Shown in pieces: positions 26,226 through 36,627 of a stretch of 64,000 nt of DNA. Positions within the stretch are counted from its first letter, which is position 1, and each line of letters begins with the position of its first letter. The stretch is from Candidatus Obscuribacterales bacterium (GTDB lineage Bacteria > Cyanobacteriota > Vampirovibrionia > Obscuribacterales > Obscuribacteraceae). A program made the translations under genes and the position numbers. The stretch is from contig CBDDIJ010000002.1 in assembly GCA_965228855.1 (NCBI GenBank), positions 1,568,001 to 1,632,000 on the forward strand, in the 5' to 3' direction. Below the pieces are notes generated by a model that saw only the letters and a list, made by a program, of their open reading frames with translations, was not told the origin of the DNA and searched no databases.

Positions 26226-28742
26226 TTACTTGCTCGGAATTGTAATCACTTCGCTGTCAGTGGCGCGGGGCGCCTTCGGGTCTCTATGCGCTTCTTCATC
26301 GGTGAACAGATACGGATAGACTGCGCCTTGATATCGTTTTTCACCTGGTGCAGGCGGTGTCATCGCGCTCTTAGGCATGATGTTTCTGCTGTCGATGACT
26401 TTGTGGACGGGCATCAGGTGAGTCTGGTGACGCTCCGCTCTGGATATGGCAAAGCTGGAGGCCTGCGGACCGCTCGCCGGTTGAGTGCCGGTTGCGCTGC
26501 TGCCGTTGCCGTCAACAGTCGGTGCGTTCGCGCCGTCTTTCGTCTCGGCAACCTTGTCGACCTTTTCGAGTTGTTCTTCGCCTGGAATTGTCGTCACTAT
26601 TTCATCTGACGCCGTATTTTTCTTGCCCAGGACGGAACTCACTTGCCGGGAAGCAACTACCCATACGCTTTCCAGAACGCTTAAGTTGGCTAGAACCATT
26701 ATGACGCAGATTGCACCAATTACACTGCTTGCCACCACGCGCAGTAGCACTTTCTTCGGCGCTTCTTTGCCCCGCCCTTCTGCGAATGTTTCAGCTATTT
26801 TGGTTGAAACCGTCAGAGACTGCTCGACTTGCGTGCTTCTCAGTGCCATCAGCTTCGTCATCGTCGAGTTGAGTTTAGACTTATTGCGTTTGGTCTTCTT
26901 GTGCTTTTTAAATTTCTTGATTTGCTCTCGTTCTCTCTCCCTTTCCAGATCGAGTTCTAGCTGGGGAGTCTCTTTCTTTGGCGGCTGGGCGACGGATGCC
27001 TCCATGCCTGGAAGTGCTTGCAGTGCAGGTAGACGTGCAACACGGGAAAAACGACCGGAGAGTTCCTGATCACCTGTCGAAGGCTCTTTCGGAAATGATT
27101 GAGCGGGCGTCGTGCCGGGAGGAGTTGAAAAGGCGGGCGTGGAACCAGCTATGCCGAAACCGGGGGGCGGTTCAATCCCGAAGTTCGGTGCTGGCGCGAT
27201 GTCGGGAACCGCGAAGTTTGATTCCTGCTCTGATTGATTTCCCTCGATGTCGAATTCTGCGTCCGAAATATCTGCACCAAATCCGGTGGCTTTCGGTAGT
27301 TCCGCAACTGCATCAAGGTTGCTCGATGATATGCTCGCTTGAGCCAGCGTGGATGGTTCCGGTTGTGCGAGCGCTGGTTCGGTCTCCGCGACACTGTCAT
27401 CATGTTCTTCGTCAAGCTCGTCGATGTAATCCAGCTCGTCTTCACCTGGTTGATAAGTCTGGTCAAGTTGTCTTACAACGATGCCTATTTCCGAGATCGG
27501 CTGATCGGAAGGCTGAAAATTGCCGTCATCTGCTTGTGCTTCGAGCTCCGCCAGCGCAGTCTGAGCCTGTTCGAAAGATTCGTCACCGGAGTCAATTTCT
27601 CCGGCTTCAGCTTCTATGATTCCTTCAGTTCCAGCTTCTACCGACTCCAATTCGCTTGATTCGTTTGCGCTGTAATCAGTTTCGCCTGATTCAGTTTCGC
27701 CGGTTTCGAATTCGCTTGAATCAATCTCGCTGTAATCGTGTTCAGCTGATTCAGTTTCGTTGAGTTCGTAAGATTCTGCTTCCGAGTCGCCGGATTCGTA
27801 TGCTCCCGATCCTTCTCCTGCCTCCGATTCCTCGGATTCGTATTCTCCCGATTCCTCTACGGTTTCGTCTTCATCGTCGTCATCAACAATTGACTGATAC
27901 CATTCGCGGACACCGCGTTTAAAATCACGGATCGATGGGGTGCGTTCGTCCGGATCCAAACGCAATGCCCGTTCTAGCACTAAGCTCAGTTTTTCAGCCT
28001 CCGGAATGTCTGGGCGGTACTCTCCAACCGGGGATAGTTGTGTGCCATCACCTTCGGTGCCATAGGGAAGAAAACCGGTTATGAGCTGATAGGCGACTGC
28101 GGCGACGGAGAAGACGTCAGACTTTTCCGTGGTCTCGCCTTTGAGCTGCTCCGGCGCCATATACGTGGTGCGCAGGCGGTCAGGAGTTTCCGGAAGTTCG
28201 CGGCTACTGTTGGTGGCGCCAAAGTCGGCGATTTTAACTAGAATTGACTCGTCCGGTTGAGTGATGACTATATTTGCCGGTGTCAGTCCACCGTGGATCA
28301 TTCCTTCGCTGTGTGCGTACTCCAGGGCATCACAGACTTGTATCAAGAAGGTTGTGATCTCTTCGTCATCTTCGAGGGTTCCAACCTCATCAACTAACTG
28401 ATCGAGATTCACGCCCTCAAGGAACTCGGTTATGAAGACCGGTTCGCCAGACTCCGAAATCCGCCAGTCGACGGTTTGAACTATATTCTTATGTTGTAAG
28501 CGTCCATGTTCGAGAATTGCCTGGTGAAATCGCTCCTGAACCTCTGGAGACGATTCTTTCAGTACTTTTGCCAGGAGGTGGTGGCCGGTATCAATTTCTC
28601 GAATTATTTCGACGACGCTGTGGGCGGTTTCGGCCAGAGGTCCAATAATCACATAGTTATCCGACAGCGCGCGCGACTCGTGGGTGTCGGAGCCGCCAGC
28701 CATTGCCATAGAATTTGCCTTCAGATTGTTGCCTTCGTCCAA
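26226..28742 (-). CDS. Transmembrane Ser/Thr kinase-like protein (probable pseudokinase) with long acidic linker
   Basis: Kinase fold shown by LAKVLK, HKNIV, ADFG, YMAPEQ and SDVFS. Catalytic loop reads HGGLTPAN. TM segment near VIGAICVIMVLANL. Confidence 0.85.
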   Translation of the reverse strand: MDEGNNLKANSMAMAGGSDTHESRALSDNYVIIGPLAETAHSVVEIIREIDTGHHLLAKVLKESSPEVQERFHQAILEHGRLQHKNIVQTVDWRISESGEPVFITEFLEGVNLDQLVDEVGTLEDDEEITTFLIQVCDALEYAHSEGMIHGGLTPANIVITQPDESILVKIADFGATNSSRELPETPDRLRTTYMAPEQLKGETTEKSDVFSVAAVAYQLITGFLPYGTEGDGTQLSPVGEYRPDIPEAEKLSLVLERALRLDPDERTPSIRDFKRGVREWYQSIVDDDDEDETVEESGEYESEESEAGEGSGAYESGDSEAESYELNETESAEHDYSEIDSSEFETGETESGETDYSANESSELESVEAGTEGIIEAEAGEIDSGDESFEQAQTALAELEAQADDGNFQPSDQPISEIGIVVRQLDQTYQPGEDELDYIDELDEEHDDSVAETEPALAQPEPSTLAQASISSSNLDAVAELPKATGFGADISDAEFDIEGNQSEQESNFAVPDIAPAPNFGIEPPPGFGIAGSTPAFSTPPGTTPAQSFPKEPSTGDQELSGRFSRVARLPALQALPGMEASVAQPPKKETPQLELDLEREREREQIKKFKKHKKTKRNKSKLNSTMTKLMALRSTQVEQSLTVSTKIAETFAEGRGKEAPKKVLLRVVASSVIGAICVIMVLANLSVLESVWVVASRQVSSVLGKKNTASDEIVTTIPGEEQLEKVDKVAETKDGANAPTVDGNGSSATGTQPASGPQASSFAISRAERHQTHLMPVHKVIDSRNIMPKSAMTPPAPGEKRYQGAVYPYLFTDEEAHRDPKAPRATDSEVITIPSK
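27651..27770 (-). repeat. Intragenic 60-bp degenerate duplication in the acidic linker
   Basis: ttcgcttgattcgtttgcgctgtaatc... vs ttcgcttgaatcaatctcgctgtaatc... (ETESxExDYSxxxSSE twice). Confidence 0.7.
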
Positions 28743-28874
28743 GACTTCTGGAACCCCAACGCCTTTAAAGGGTAGTTGACGGAGACTGCATATAATGGAT
28801 AAGATTGAATATTAGACGCGCTTAATTAATGCCACTTAATAATCCTATCAAAACGCTGCTCCTGTCGCAAACAT

Positions 28875-30917
28875 ATGAATAGAAAAACTTCGAGAAAACC
28901 GCATGGCAACATGCTTGTTCTGATGATCGCTTTCACCGCCACAATTGTGTTGGCGCTTTTGTTCTTCGCATTGGGCTTCGTTCGGTTGACTGGAACTCAA
29001 TTCGAGCAGAAGACTGCGATTGAAGCTGCTGCTTTGGCTGCCGCTCGAGAGATGAGCAATATAGTTATAACGAATAATGATTTCGGTTATGTCGGTCTAT
29101 CTGATTCTGCTCCTGTCGGCGCTGGTACCCAGGCCGGCGACAGCTATTATACTCAGGTGCATGGTCTGAACACACTGGTCGGGACGACACTCCTCGATTA
29201 CATCATTGCCGATGAGCTTGGAGTGGATGAGATGAAACGGCTCGCCCTCGTCGACTGGGGTCATGTTAAGACTGCCGGCGATCAGTTGCAGGCTGAGCTC
29301 ACTCGTTGTACCGCGGCGGGCCAGACTGCCTTTGATAAGGATGGCGTGGTTCTCAATCCTTATAAGGCTGCTGAGGATGCTTACCGCGCCAACCAGGTTC
29401 GCATGACTGGTAAGTCGAACTACAAAGCCGGTTCGATGGTACTCAATCTTGGCACCATCGATGGTATGGTCACGAACATCAAGACGCCGACGGGTTGGAC
29501 AAATGCGTTCAACGCAGGCTCAACCAAGGGTGGTTACTACGTAGCGTACAAACCAGTCAATTTCGACGGACGGACCTGGGTCTTCGCTGGAGTCGGCGAT
29601 GCAATGAGGCTAGTCGATCCCAGCAAATTTCGGAATTCGGCAACCGGAGTGCCGTGGCAAGTTAAGACGATCGTCCGCGCGGAAGCTATTCAGCAGCTTA
29701 ACGACGATGGCATCGTAGCGAATACAAAATCCGTTGCTTGTGCTCAGCCCGCCAGTGTTTTCGACCCTAAGCCAGCGCCAGGAGCGCTTGTCGTATCGTT
29801 CCCGGATGGTCCGCCTAACGGTCCGTGCACAATGGCAAAAGTGTTCGACTTGTATGGCAGCTGCCTGGCTGACGGCGACGACGACTCGGACGTATACATG
29901 GCGAAGAACGGAGATTATCCGGTCGACGCCACATCATCGATTGTTCCTGATCCGAACTGGCCAATTCCCAGCGACCCTGGTAGGCAGGCTGCCAACGCTG
30001 ACAAGATCGCAGTTTACGACTGGCTCAAACGAGCCGGTACCAAAGCAGACGTAGCATCTGTTGTGGGCATGCATAGCTGGCCTTTCAATCCGCCCAGCCC
30101 CGCCACAGTTAACTGGCCGCCCGGCGGTGCCGCTGGTGCGAAGCCGATTCCGAATGGTGTCGCTCACATTTACAGGTTCAACCCGAACGGAACTGTTAAC
30201 TATCAGTCGAAAAACTGTCTACCAGCGCCGTTTTACATTGTGTCTGACCAGCAAATGCTGGTTGAGTCGTTCGAGGCAATCTCTCAAGGAGCTAACTCGA
30301 CCCTGCAAGTCAAGCCTATCGACCTGGGTCCGCCCATTATGGATAGCGACGGCGAAGTTAACTTGACCACCAAATTCGACCTGTACATCAGAGACTATGC
30401 TCGACGCCCGGGCACCCTTCACGGGGGGCAACATTCGGGCGAACCCATGGATGATCCGCTCGTTTCATACAAGAAGGAAGCGCCGAAAGTTGCAGTTCAA
30501 TTGACCAAAGATGGCACCGGGATTGGTACTAACAGTCAGGTGAGCTTCGGCGGGCTTGGTGCTATGCCGCGGGGTCCGAATTCAGGTAATGGTCAGGGTT
30601 CACTGCCGCTAATTCTTCCACAGGAGGATTTTGCGTTTTACTGGACTGGCTCAACCATGCAGCTTCTGCGCGATCCATCCGTGTATAAGTCATACACACC
30701 TGGAAGCGGACTGCGCCCGACATATAGAACCAATGGTGTCGTATGCGATATCAGAATGCGCCGGCAAGTTCAGGTCAGGGATGAGACCACGGTAGAGATT
30801 CCAGTCACGGATCCGACCACGGGCTCTGCAGTTGTCGATCCTGTAACCGGCCTTCCTACAACCACTTCTTCGACGACTTCAACGAAGTCTGATGTTGGAT
30901 ACATCGGAATTAAGTAG
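28875..30917 (+). CDS. TadG-like pilus-associated protein
   Basis: Basic leader RKPHG, hydrophobic helix NMLVLMIAFTATIVLALLFFALGF, then the Tad motif QKTAIEAAALAAA. Confidence 0.65.
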   Translation: MNRKTSRKPHGNMLVLMIAFTATIVLALLFFALGFVRLTGTQFEQKTAIEAAALAAAREMSNIVITNNDFGYVGLSDSAPVGAGTQAGDSYYTQVHGLNTLVGTTLLDYIIADELGVDEMKRLALVDWGHVKTAGDQLQAELTRCTAAGQTAFDKDGVVLNPYKAAEDAYRANQVRMTGKSNYKAGSMVLNLGTIDGMVTNIKTPTGWTNAFNAGSTKGGYYVAYKPVNFDGRTWVFAGVGDAMRLVDPSKFRNSATGVPWQVKTIVRAEAIQQLNDDGIVANTKSVACAQPASVFDPKPAPGALVVSFPDGPPNGPCTMAKVFDLYGSCLADGDDDSDVYMAKNGDYPVDATSSIVPDPNWPIPSDPGRQAANADKIAVYDWLKRAGTKADVASVVGMHSWPFNPPSPATVNWPPGGAAGAKPIPNGVAHIYRFNPNGTVNYQSKNCLPAPFYIVSDQQMLVESFEAISQGANSTLQVKPIDLGPPIMDSDGEVNLTTKFDLYIRDYARRPGTLHGGQHSGEPMDDPLVSYKKEAPKVAVQLTKDGTGIGTNSQVSFGGLGAMPRGPNSGNGQGSLPLILPQEDFAFYWTGSTMQLLRDPSVYKSYTPGSGLRPTYRTNGVVCDIRMRRQVQVRDETTVEIPVTDPTTGSAVVDPVTGLPTTTSSTTSTKSDVGYIGIK

Positions 30918-30958
30918 GGCTAAAACAGCAACAATTTTGGAGAACGATTAACCAAAGG

Positions 30959-30988
30959 ACCGGCGGGGAGAAATCTTCGCCGGTTTTT
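30959..30988 (+). terminator. Intrinsic terminator
   Basis: accggcgggga-gaaa-tcttcgccggt hairpin followed by tttt, between convergent genes. Confidence 0.75.
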
Positions 30989-31050
30989 GCATACAGCCCG
31001 TTTTTCCTGCAAGCATTCTCGTTTCCAAATCCTTTTTCTGAGCGGAGTTT

Positions 31051-31785
31051 TCACTCCGAGTCTTTCGACGTGTCCGCACCGGTCAGTTCTATGTATTTCG
31101 AGAAAGCCTGCTCAACTAGCTGTTCATGAGAAGGTTTGTCGGTAAGATGTTCTTCTAAATCATCCAGAACTTCAGAGACCCGATTGATCTTTTCGACAGT
31201 CACCAGGTGATAGCCCTGACAGATTTCATCACTGATCGCCTCGACGGCTTTGGCGCAGGCGTCCTTAACTGTTCTGCCGGACGCCTGAAACGATCTGTGG
31301 AAAACATTTTTCGCAGAATTGTTAGCCACCTTTTCGGCGTCAGCATAAACGCGCTTGCAGATCAGTACATGAGAGTTCTCATGGGCGACAACTTCCTCCG
31401 GTGCATCCTTTGAGATGTAGATGGTGATGGGCGCGTCGAGGCTGATCTTGACGGAAGTTGGTTTAATGGTGACTAAGTAGTCCGGGTCAATCAAGTCTTG
31501 TTGCGTGATATCGAATGCGATATCAGTTGTGCATCCGAAACTCCAGGAGGTTAACGCTTCCTCTCCGTGCTTCAAGATTTTTGTTTTGTCCGGAAGGTCT
31601 TCAATGTATTTTGTCGAAACCTGCATCGGTGCTTTGTTTATCATTATACGAGAACCGAGACTGCAAGCGCTCAAAACAGCAAGTGCCGATAGAACTGTAG
31701 CTGAAGCTAGCACTGTATGTAGTGGCAGTCGGTTAGTCTTGCGAAATCTGTTTTCTATTTGAAGGCGCAAAGTCGCACTCTCCAA
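31051..31785 (-). CDS. Putative lipoprotein with HExxH motif (DUF922-like zinc peptidase candidate)
   Basis: Lipobox LSAC and motif VVAHENSHVLIC. Confidence 0.6.
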   Translation of the reverse strand: MESATLRLQIENRFRKTNRLPLHTVLASATVLSALAVLSACSLGSRIMINKAPMQVSTKYIEDLPDKTKILKHGEEALTSWSFGCTTDIAFDITQQDLIDPDYLVTIKPTSVKISLDAPITIYISKDAPEEVVAHENSHVLICKRVYADAEKVANNSAKNVFHRSFQASGRTVKDACAKAVEAISDEICQGYHLVTVEKINRVSEVLDDLEEHLTDKPSHEQLVEQAFSKYIELTGADTSKDSE

Positions 31786-31791
31786 TTAAAC

Positions 31792-32586
31792 TCACTTGCT
31801 CTCTGCGATGTGTCCTGCGTTGCTTGTGCGTGTCTGGTACTGCGTTTCGACGACGCGCTTAAAAGTTTTGACAATATCTTTTTGAATGAATTTCAAACTG
31901 ACTAACGCAATTGATTTTGGAATCGCATCTGATGTTGACTCAAGAGTATATTTTACCTTGCAGAAGTTACCGGTGCTGTCTGGTGCCAACTCCCAGCATC
32001 CCTGGCTGGAGTTGAAGTTGCCCTGAAGCATTGCCCATCGAAATACGTGCGGCTTTCCGGTCAAATCGTTGACGATTTTCTGACGAGTTTCGCGCAAAAA
32101 CATCTGCGGCTTCAAATTGCTTTCCGTGTAAACGTAGTTGCCATTCTGTTTAAGAACCTTACAGCTTGCGATACGCGGAAAAACAGTCGGGTAGCCGGTA
32201 AAATCTGTGAGGCGCTGCCAGACGAAAGGAAGCGGTGCGTTGATGGTCGTTTCCATAATGGCGCTCAACATTTTGCCGTTTGGTTTCGGCATTGGATCGT
32301 CAGTGCTGAGCGGAGCCGTCAGCGGAACTTCTGCGACTTTTATGGTTTTTGAGGGGTCTGAACTCTTTAGACCATCTAAACGTCCTGAACCTTTAGGCTC
32401 GTCCACGTGAAACTTGCGGACGGTCTCTTTTGCAAGTTTGGCGTCGGCGACTTTGGTGTCATTATTATCAGTCGCTGATGTTTTAGCCCTTGCTTGTGAC
32501 TGGGCTGGTCCAGTCGAAACTGAAAGGCACGCCAAAAGGCAGCCTGTCAGGAAAAATCCAGCCTTTGTGTTTGAGATTCCTGCCAT
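31792..32586 (-). CDS. Exported SRPBCC/START-fold (polyketide cyclase-like) protein
   Basis: Signal peptide. Pattern INAPLPFVWQRLTDFTGYPTVFPRIASCKVL...GNFNSSQGCWEL. Confidence 0.85.
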   Translation of the reverse strand: MAGISNTKAGFFLTGCLLACLSVSTGPAQSQARAKTSATDNNDTKVADAKLAKETVRKFHVDEPKGSGRLDGLKSSDPSKTIKVAEVPLTAPLSTDDPMPKPNGKMLSAIMETTINAPLPFVWQRLTDFTGYPTVFPRIASCKVLKQNGNYVYTESNLKPQMFLRETRQKIVNDLTGKPHVFRWAMLQGNFNSSQGCWELAPDSTGNFCKVKYTLESTSDAIPKSIALVSLKFIQKDIVKTFKRVVETQYQTRTSNAGHIAESK

Positions 32587-32660
32587 TGACTCCGAGATAT
32601 CCGTTCGAGAGGTTGAGAGAAGCGTCTCACGTGGAGACTGTTTCTAAAGAATAGAGACGC

Positions 32661-34265
32661 TTAACGGAACCAGGCGGTAAAGGGTGTAATTTCGTTCGAG
32701 AAGCCTACTCTGCCTGCTAGGACGGTGGTTTCGTCGATAATCGACCGCTTGGTTATCATACCCTGTGGATCAATTATCGCCGATGGACCTGTATTTGCAG
32801 CAAAAACAAAAAATCTTCGGTTCTCTATTGCTCGAAAAACGGAGAAGGCAATCATTTGTTCGCCGATGCTTGAACGGTGAAACCAAGCCAGGTCGGAGAT
32901 ATTCACGAGAAGCTGCCCACCTTGTCTGGTGCTGTCGGCGGCTAATTCAGGCGAAATACATTCGAAACATATCAAGGGAGCAATCTCCCCATTCGTCAAC
33001 TTCAGAATTTGGGCTTGCTTGCCTGATGAGAGACCGCCTCCGGCTGGAGTGTTGGTCAGGCGCTTAATCCATTCGGGAAAGTATTGAACCAGTGTCGGGC
33101 AATATTCGCCGAACGGCACTAAATAGCGCTTGTGGTAAACATTTGTAGCCATCGCTCCGTCGGTCGATATGCCGTATGCGGAGTTGTACGGATTAGATAG
33201 GTCGTCGGTGCCTATTGCTCCGACGACCATATCAAGCTTTTTTGATTCGCATACCTGCCCCAGAAGATTTTGAACTTCTCGATTTTGACTCAGTGTCGTG
33301 GGCACTGCACTTTCTGTGAAAACACATATACCTGGCGGAATCTTCGGCAGGAGCTTGAGATAGCGCTGAAGCAGTTCATCAAGCGAATATCGATGCTTTG
33401 TTTTCTGCATGTCGATGTTGATGTTGCCTTGCAATACAGCTATGGGAGTTATCGCTCTTACTGCTGTCTTGGCGGACTGCCATCCGCCAAGTCCGATGGA
33501 TAGTGGAATTGCTAGGAGCACTATGGCTGTTTGAATAACTGCCATACCTTTTCCGGATGCGCTGATCGCTTTGTATAGCGGCTTTCCACTGATAGTTGAA
33601 ACCAACGATGCGATCGATGTGTTTACCATCACTATGATGAACGCGACACCAATGCCGCCGATCAGGGATGCGACCTGAATGAGCGGCAACTGTTTATATT
33701 GCGTGTACTCGAGCATGCTCCACGGTACGCCAAGGAAAGCCGGCGCGTTGCCGACTTTATTGACTATCAAAACCCAGAGCAGCGGCAGGGCTAGTACGGC
33801 TGGAAGCTTCCAGCCTCCCGGAATTTTTTGCGGAATGAAACCGCCAGTTGTCGGTATCAGTTTTGCGACTAGCGAAAAGAGCGAGATGATTAGCGCCTGA
33901 TGGAACGATGTGATTGTCCAGGCAGCTATCGCCAGAGCCCAGCCTTGCCACCAGTTGAAGCCAAGCCACTCCATTGGCTGGAGACCGAGATACCAGTTCA
34001 AATACACCAGATTATAGGCAAATCCGAAAACCAGTCCCCGGGCGGCTGCTTGCCAAACTCCCTTGCTTGCGGAAATCGCCAAAATTAAAGGCGCCAACCC
34101 TATCCAGGCTAAATACCACTGGTTTATGCCAGGGCAAGAAAGACCAAGCAAACATCCGAAACCGGTAAGCCAGAGAAAATCTCTGACGGACATTAGCTTT
34201 ATACCGCTGCCCTTCTTTTCAGAAGTCGGCTTGGTCTTCTCTTTCTTCTTAGATATTGTTGGCAC
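32661..34265 (-). CDS. lnt: Apolipoprotein N-acyltransferase
   Basis: Multi-TM N-terminus (GVPWSML). Nitrilase domain with QGNI, TESA (Glu), KRYLVPFGEY (Lys), ICFE (Cys), RAIENRR and ANTGPSA. Confidence 0.95.
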   Translation of the reverse strand: MPTISKKKEKTKPTSEKKGSGIKLMSVRDFLWLTGFGCLLGLSCPGINQWYLAWIGLAPLILAISASKGVWQAAARGLVFGFAYNLVYLNWYLGLQPMEWLGFNWWQGWALAIAAWTITSFHQALIISLFSLVAKLIPTTGGFIPQKIPGGWKLPAVLALPLLWVLIVNKVGNAPAFLGVPWSMLEYTQYKQLPLIQVASLIGGIGVAFIIVMVNTSIASLVSTISGKPLYKAISASGKGMAVIQTAIVLLAIPLSIGLGGWQSAKTAVRAITPIAVLQGNINIDMQKTKHRYSLDELLQRYLKLLPKIPPGICVFTESAVPTTLSQNREVQNLLGQVCESKKLDMVVGAIGTDDLSNPYNSAYGISTDGAMATNVYHKRYLVPFGEYCPTLVQYFPEWIKRLTNTPAGGGLSSGKQAQILKLTNGEIAPLICFECISPELAADSTRQGGQLLVNISDLAWFHRSSIGEQMIAFSVFRAIENRRFFVFAANTGPSAIIDPQGMITKRSIIDETTVLAGRVGFSNEITPFTAWFR

Positions 34266-34298
34266 TCTCGAATTTTTTTAGAAGTGGAGAACGTTTTC

Positions 34299-35444
34299 TT
34301 ACTTGCCGCCGCCGAGTTTGACAGCCATTTCGGCTTTGACGAGTTCCTCTACTTCTTTGAGGAGCTTCGTATTTTGCTCGAAGAACCCAATCGAAGCGTC
34401 TCTGCCCTGACCGATACGATCTTCTTTGAAGCTGTACCAGGCGCCGGCTTTCTTGACGATTCCGAGTTCAACCGCAACGTCGAGCAAGCAACCGATCGAG
34501 TTGATTCCTTGACCGTATATGATGTCGAATTCCGCGATTCTGAAAGGCGGTGCAACTTTGTTCTTCACGACTTTGACCTTGACGCGGTTGCCCACTTCGC
34601 GGCTGTCTTTTTTCAATGTCTCGATTTTTCTGATATCGAGTCTTACTGAAGCGTAGAACTTGAGTGCGTTACCACCAGTTGTTGTTTCCGGGTTTCCGTA
34701 CATGACGCCGATCTTCATACGAAGCTGGTTGATGAAGATGACTGTTGTGCGTGTTTTGGCGACGACTGCCGTCAGTTTTCTCAAAGCTTGAGACATCAAG
34801 CGTGCTTGCAAGCCGGGAAGGCTATCACCCATCTCGCCTTCAATTTCAGCTTTGGGAACCAGAGCCGCTACCGAGTCGATGATGACGAGATCTACTGCAC
34901 CTGAACGAACCAGTTGCTCGGTAATTTCGAGAGCTTGTTCTCCAGTGTCTGGTTGCGAGATCAAGAGTTCATCAACATTGACGCCGAGAGCCTTTGCGTA
35001 TTCGGGATCGAGCGCGTGCTCAGCATCGACGATAGCGGCGATGCCGCCTTTTCTTTGAACTTCTGCTGCGCAGTGTTGAGCGAGAGTTGTTTTACCGGAA
35101 GACTCAGGACCATAAATCTCGATAATTCTTCCTCTGGGCAAACCGCCGACTCCGAGCGCGAGGTCGAGAGTGATTGCGCCTGTCGGAATGACTTCGATTG
35201 CCTGGTTTTTCGAATCGCCGAGCTTCATGATCGAGCCGTCGCCATACTGCTTCTTGATGGCGTCCATCGCAAGACCGAGTGCTTTGAGGCGCTCTGCTGC
35301 CGGTGGTTGCGCCGCGGCATCAGCTCCTTTAGAAGAACCTTTGTCTTTTGACTCTTTTGCAGTTACTTCTTTTTCTTGTTCGTCCATTGCTGTCTTTGCT
35401 TTATCTGGTGCTTTTCCAGATTTGTCTTTGGTTGCGAAAGCCAT
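34299..35444 (-). CDS. recA: Recombinase RecA
   Basis: [56 protein letters not shown] and KNKVAPPF. Confidence 0.99.
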   Translation of the reverse strand: MAFATKDKSGKAPDKAKTAMDEQEKEVTAKESKDKGSSKGADAAAQPPAAERLKALGLAMDAIKKQYGDGSIMKLGDSKNQAIEVIPTGAITLDLALGVGGLPRGRIIEIYGPESSGKTTLAQHCAAEVQRKGGIAAIVDAEHALDPEYAKALGVNVDELLISQPDTGEQALEITEQLVRSGAVDLVIIDSVAALVPKAEIEGEMGDSLPGLQARLMSQALRKLTAVVAKTRTTVIFINQLRMKIGVMYGNPETTTGGNALKFYASVRLDIRKIETLKKDSREVGNRVKVKVVKNKVAPPFRIAEFDIIYGQGINSIGCLLDVAVELGIVKKAGAWYSFKEDRIGQGRDASIGFFEQNTKLLKEVEELVKAEMAVKLGGGK

Positions 35445-35884
35445 TTTTCGTTCTCCTTTTAGAGTCTAACTGGTGCCAACACCTGAAGGATGCTTGTTTG
35501 CAAGGACAGGCAACTTTTCTATAGTTTTTGTATATCGCTTGTATGGTGCGCGGTTTCGGCGATTCAGCGTATGCGCGAATTATAGCCGACAAGATCGCAG
35601 AACCCCATTAAAATGTAGTCCTGGTGCCGGTTGTAGCGCTTTTGTATATGCTTCGATCTACAGCAGTAAAGAGCCGCTCCTTTCGGTCTCTTTATTGCGT
35701 CCTGCTTTTGTTGACAAGCGGACTTCGGGTTTTAAAGATGCGGCGAAGGGTATAAAAAGGTTGTTAGACAACAAATCGCCTAACGCTGGTTCCTAGTTCT
35801 TAGACGTTACCAATCGCGGCCGAGTTCAATGGTCGAGATAAATTTTCTCGATTATTTTTTGCCGCTAGTGTTCCGGGTGGATAA

Positions 35885-36610
35885 ATGAATCGTTTCCATC
35901 GGCGGGAGGGTGAAATGAAGACAGCGCAGCGGTTGTTCAGTCTGCGTCAGAGTGATTTGTTCGAGTCTTTCAATCCGGTAGAACTGGGACGCCTGCTTGG
36001 AATCCTGGAGGAGCAGGAAGTTCCGAAGCACCATATGTTGTTTTCACCTGGCACTCCGTGTCAGGCAATCTACTTTATAGAAAAGGGTCGCGTGCGCGTA
36101 ACTCGACTCTCGCCTGAAGGAAAAACCGTTATCCTTGCCCTCCTCGGTCCCGGTGAGCTGATCGGTGAAGCCGCATGGGAACTCGGCGAACACGATAGTT
36201 ACGCTGAGACTCTCGAAGAGTCTCGCATCTATCAAATTTCTCGTGAGGCATTTCAAAACTATATCCGTGAAAACCCAGAGTTCGGGCTGCGCTTGATAGA
36301 GATCCTCGGAGTGCGATTAAAGCAAGCACAAGCGAGAATCGAGGATCTGGTTTTCCGCCAGGTGCCAAGCCGCGTCGCCAGGCTGCTTTTGACTCTCGCT
36401 GAAAGTCACGGTCGAGTAACTCCAAGCGGCATACGTGTAGAATTTCCACTCACGCATCAAGAAATCGCTGACATGGTGGGCTCCTCGCGAGTCACCGTGA
36501 CGCAGATTCTCAACAAGTTTCGCTCAAGCCAATGGATCGAGATCGAATCCAAGCGCGTCACCATCCATAATATGGATGCGCTCGAAGAATTGGTTCGGCA
36601 GCCCGGCTAG
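35885..36610 (+). CDS. Crp/Fnr family transcriptional regulator
   Basis: cNMP-binding domain (GPGELIGEAA) and HTH LTHQEIADMVGSSRVTVTQILNKF. Confidence 0.93.
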   Translation: MNRFHRREGEMKTAQRLFSLRQSDLFESFNPVELGRLLGILEEQEVPKHHMLFSPGTPCQAIYFIEKGRVRVTRLSPEGKTVILALLGPGELIGEAAWELGEHDSYAETLEESRIYQISREAFQNYIRENPEFGLRLIEILGVRLKQAQARIEDLVFRQVPSRVARLLLTLAESHGRVTPSGIRVEFPLTHQEIADMVGSSRVTVTQILNKFRSSQWIEIESKRVTIHNMDALEELVRQPG

Positions 36611-36627
36611 TAGATCTTGCCACGAGG

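Noticed and set aside
35445..35884. LexA/SOS box or Crp site upstream of recA
   Set aside because: I found no convincing match to the CTGT-N8-ACAG, GAAC-N4-GTTC, cyanobacterial LexA or TGTGA-N6-TCACA patterns by eye.
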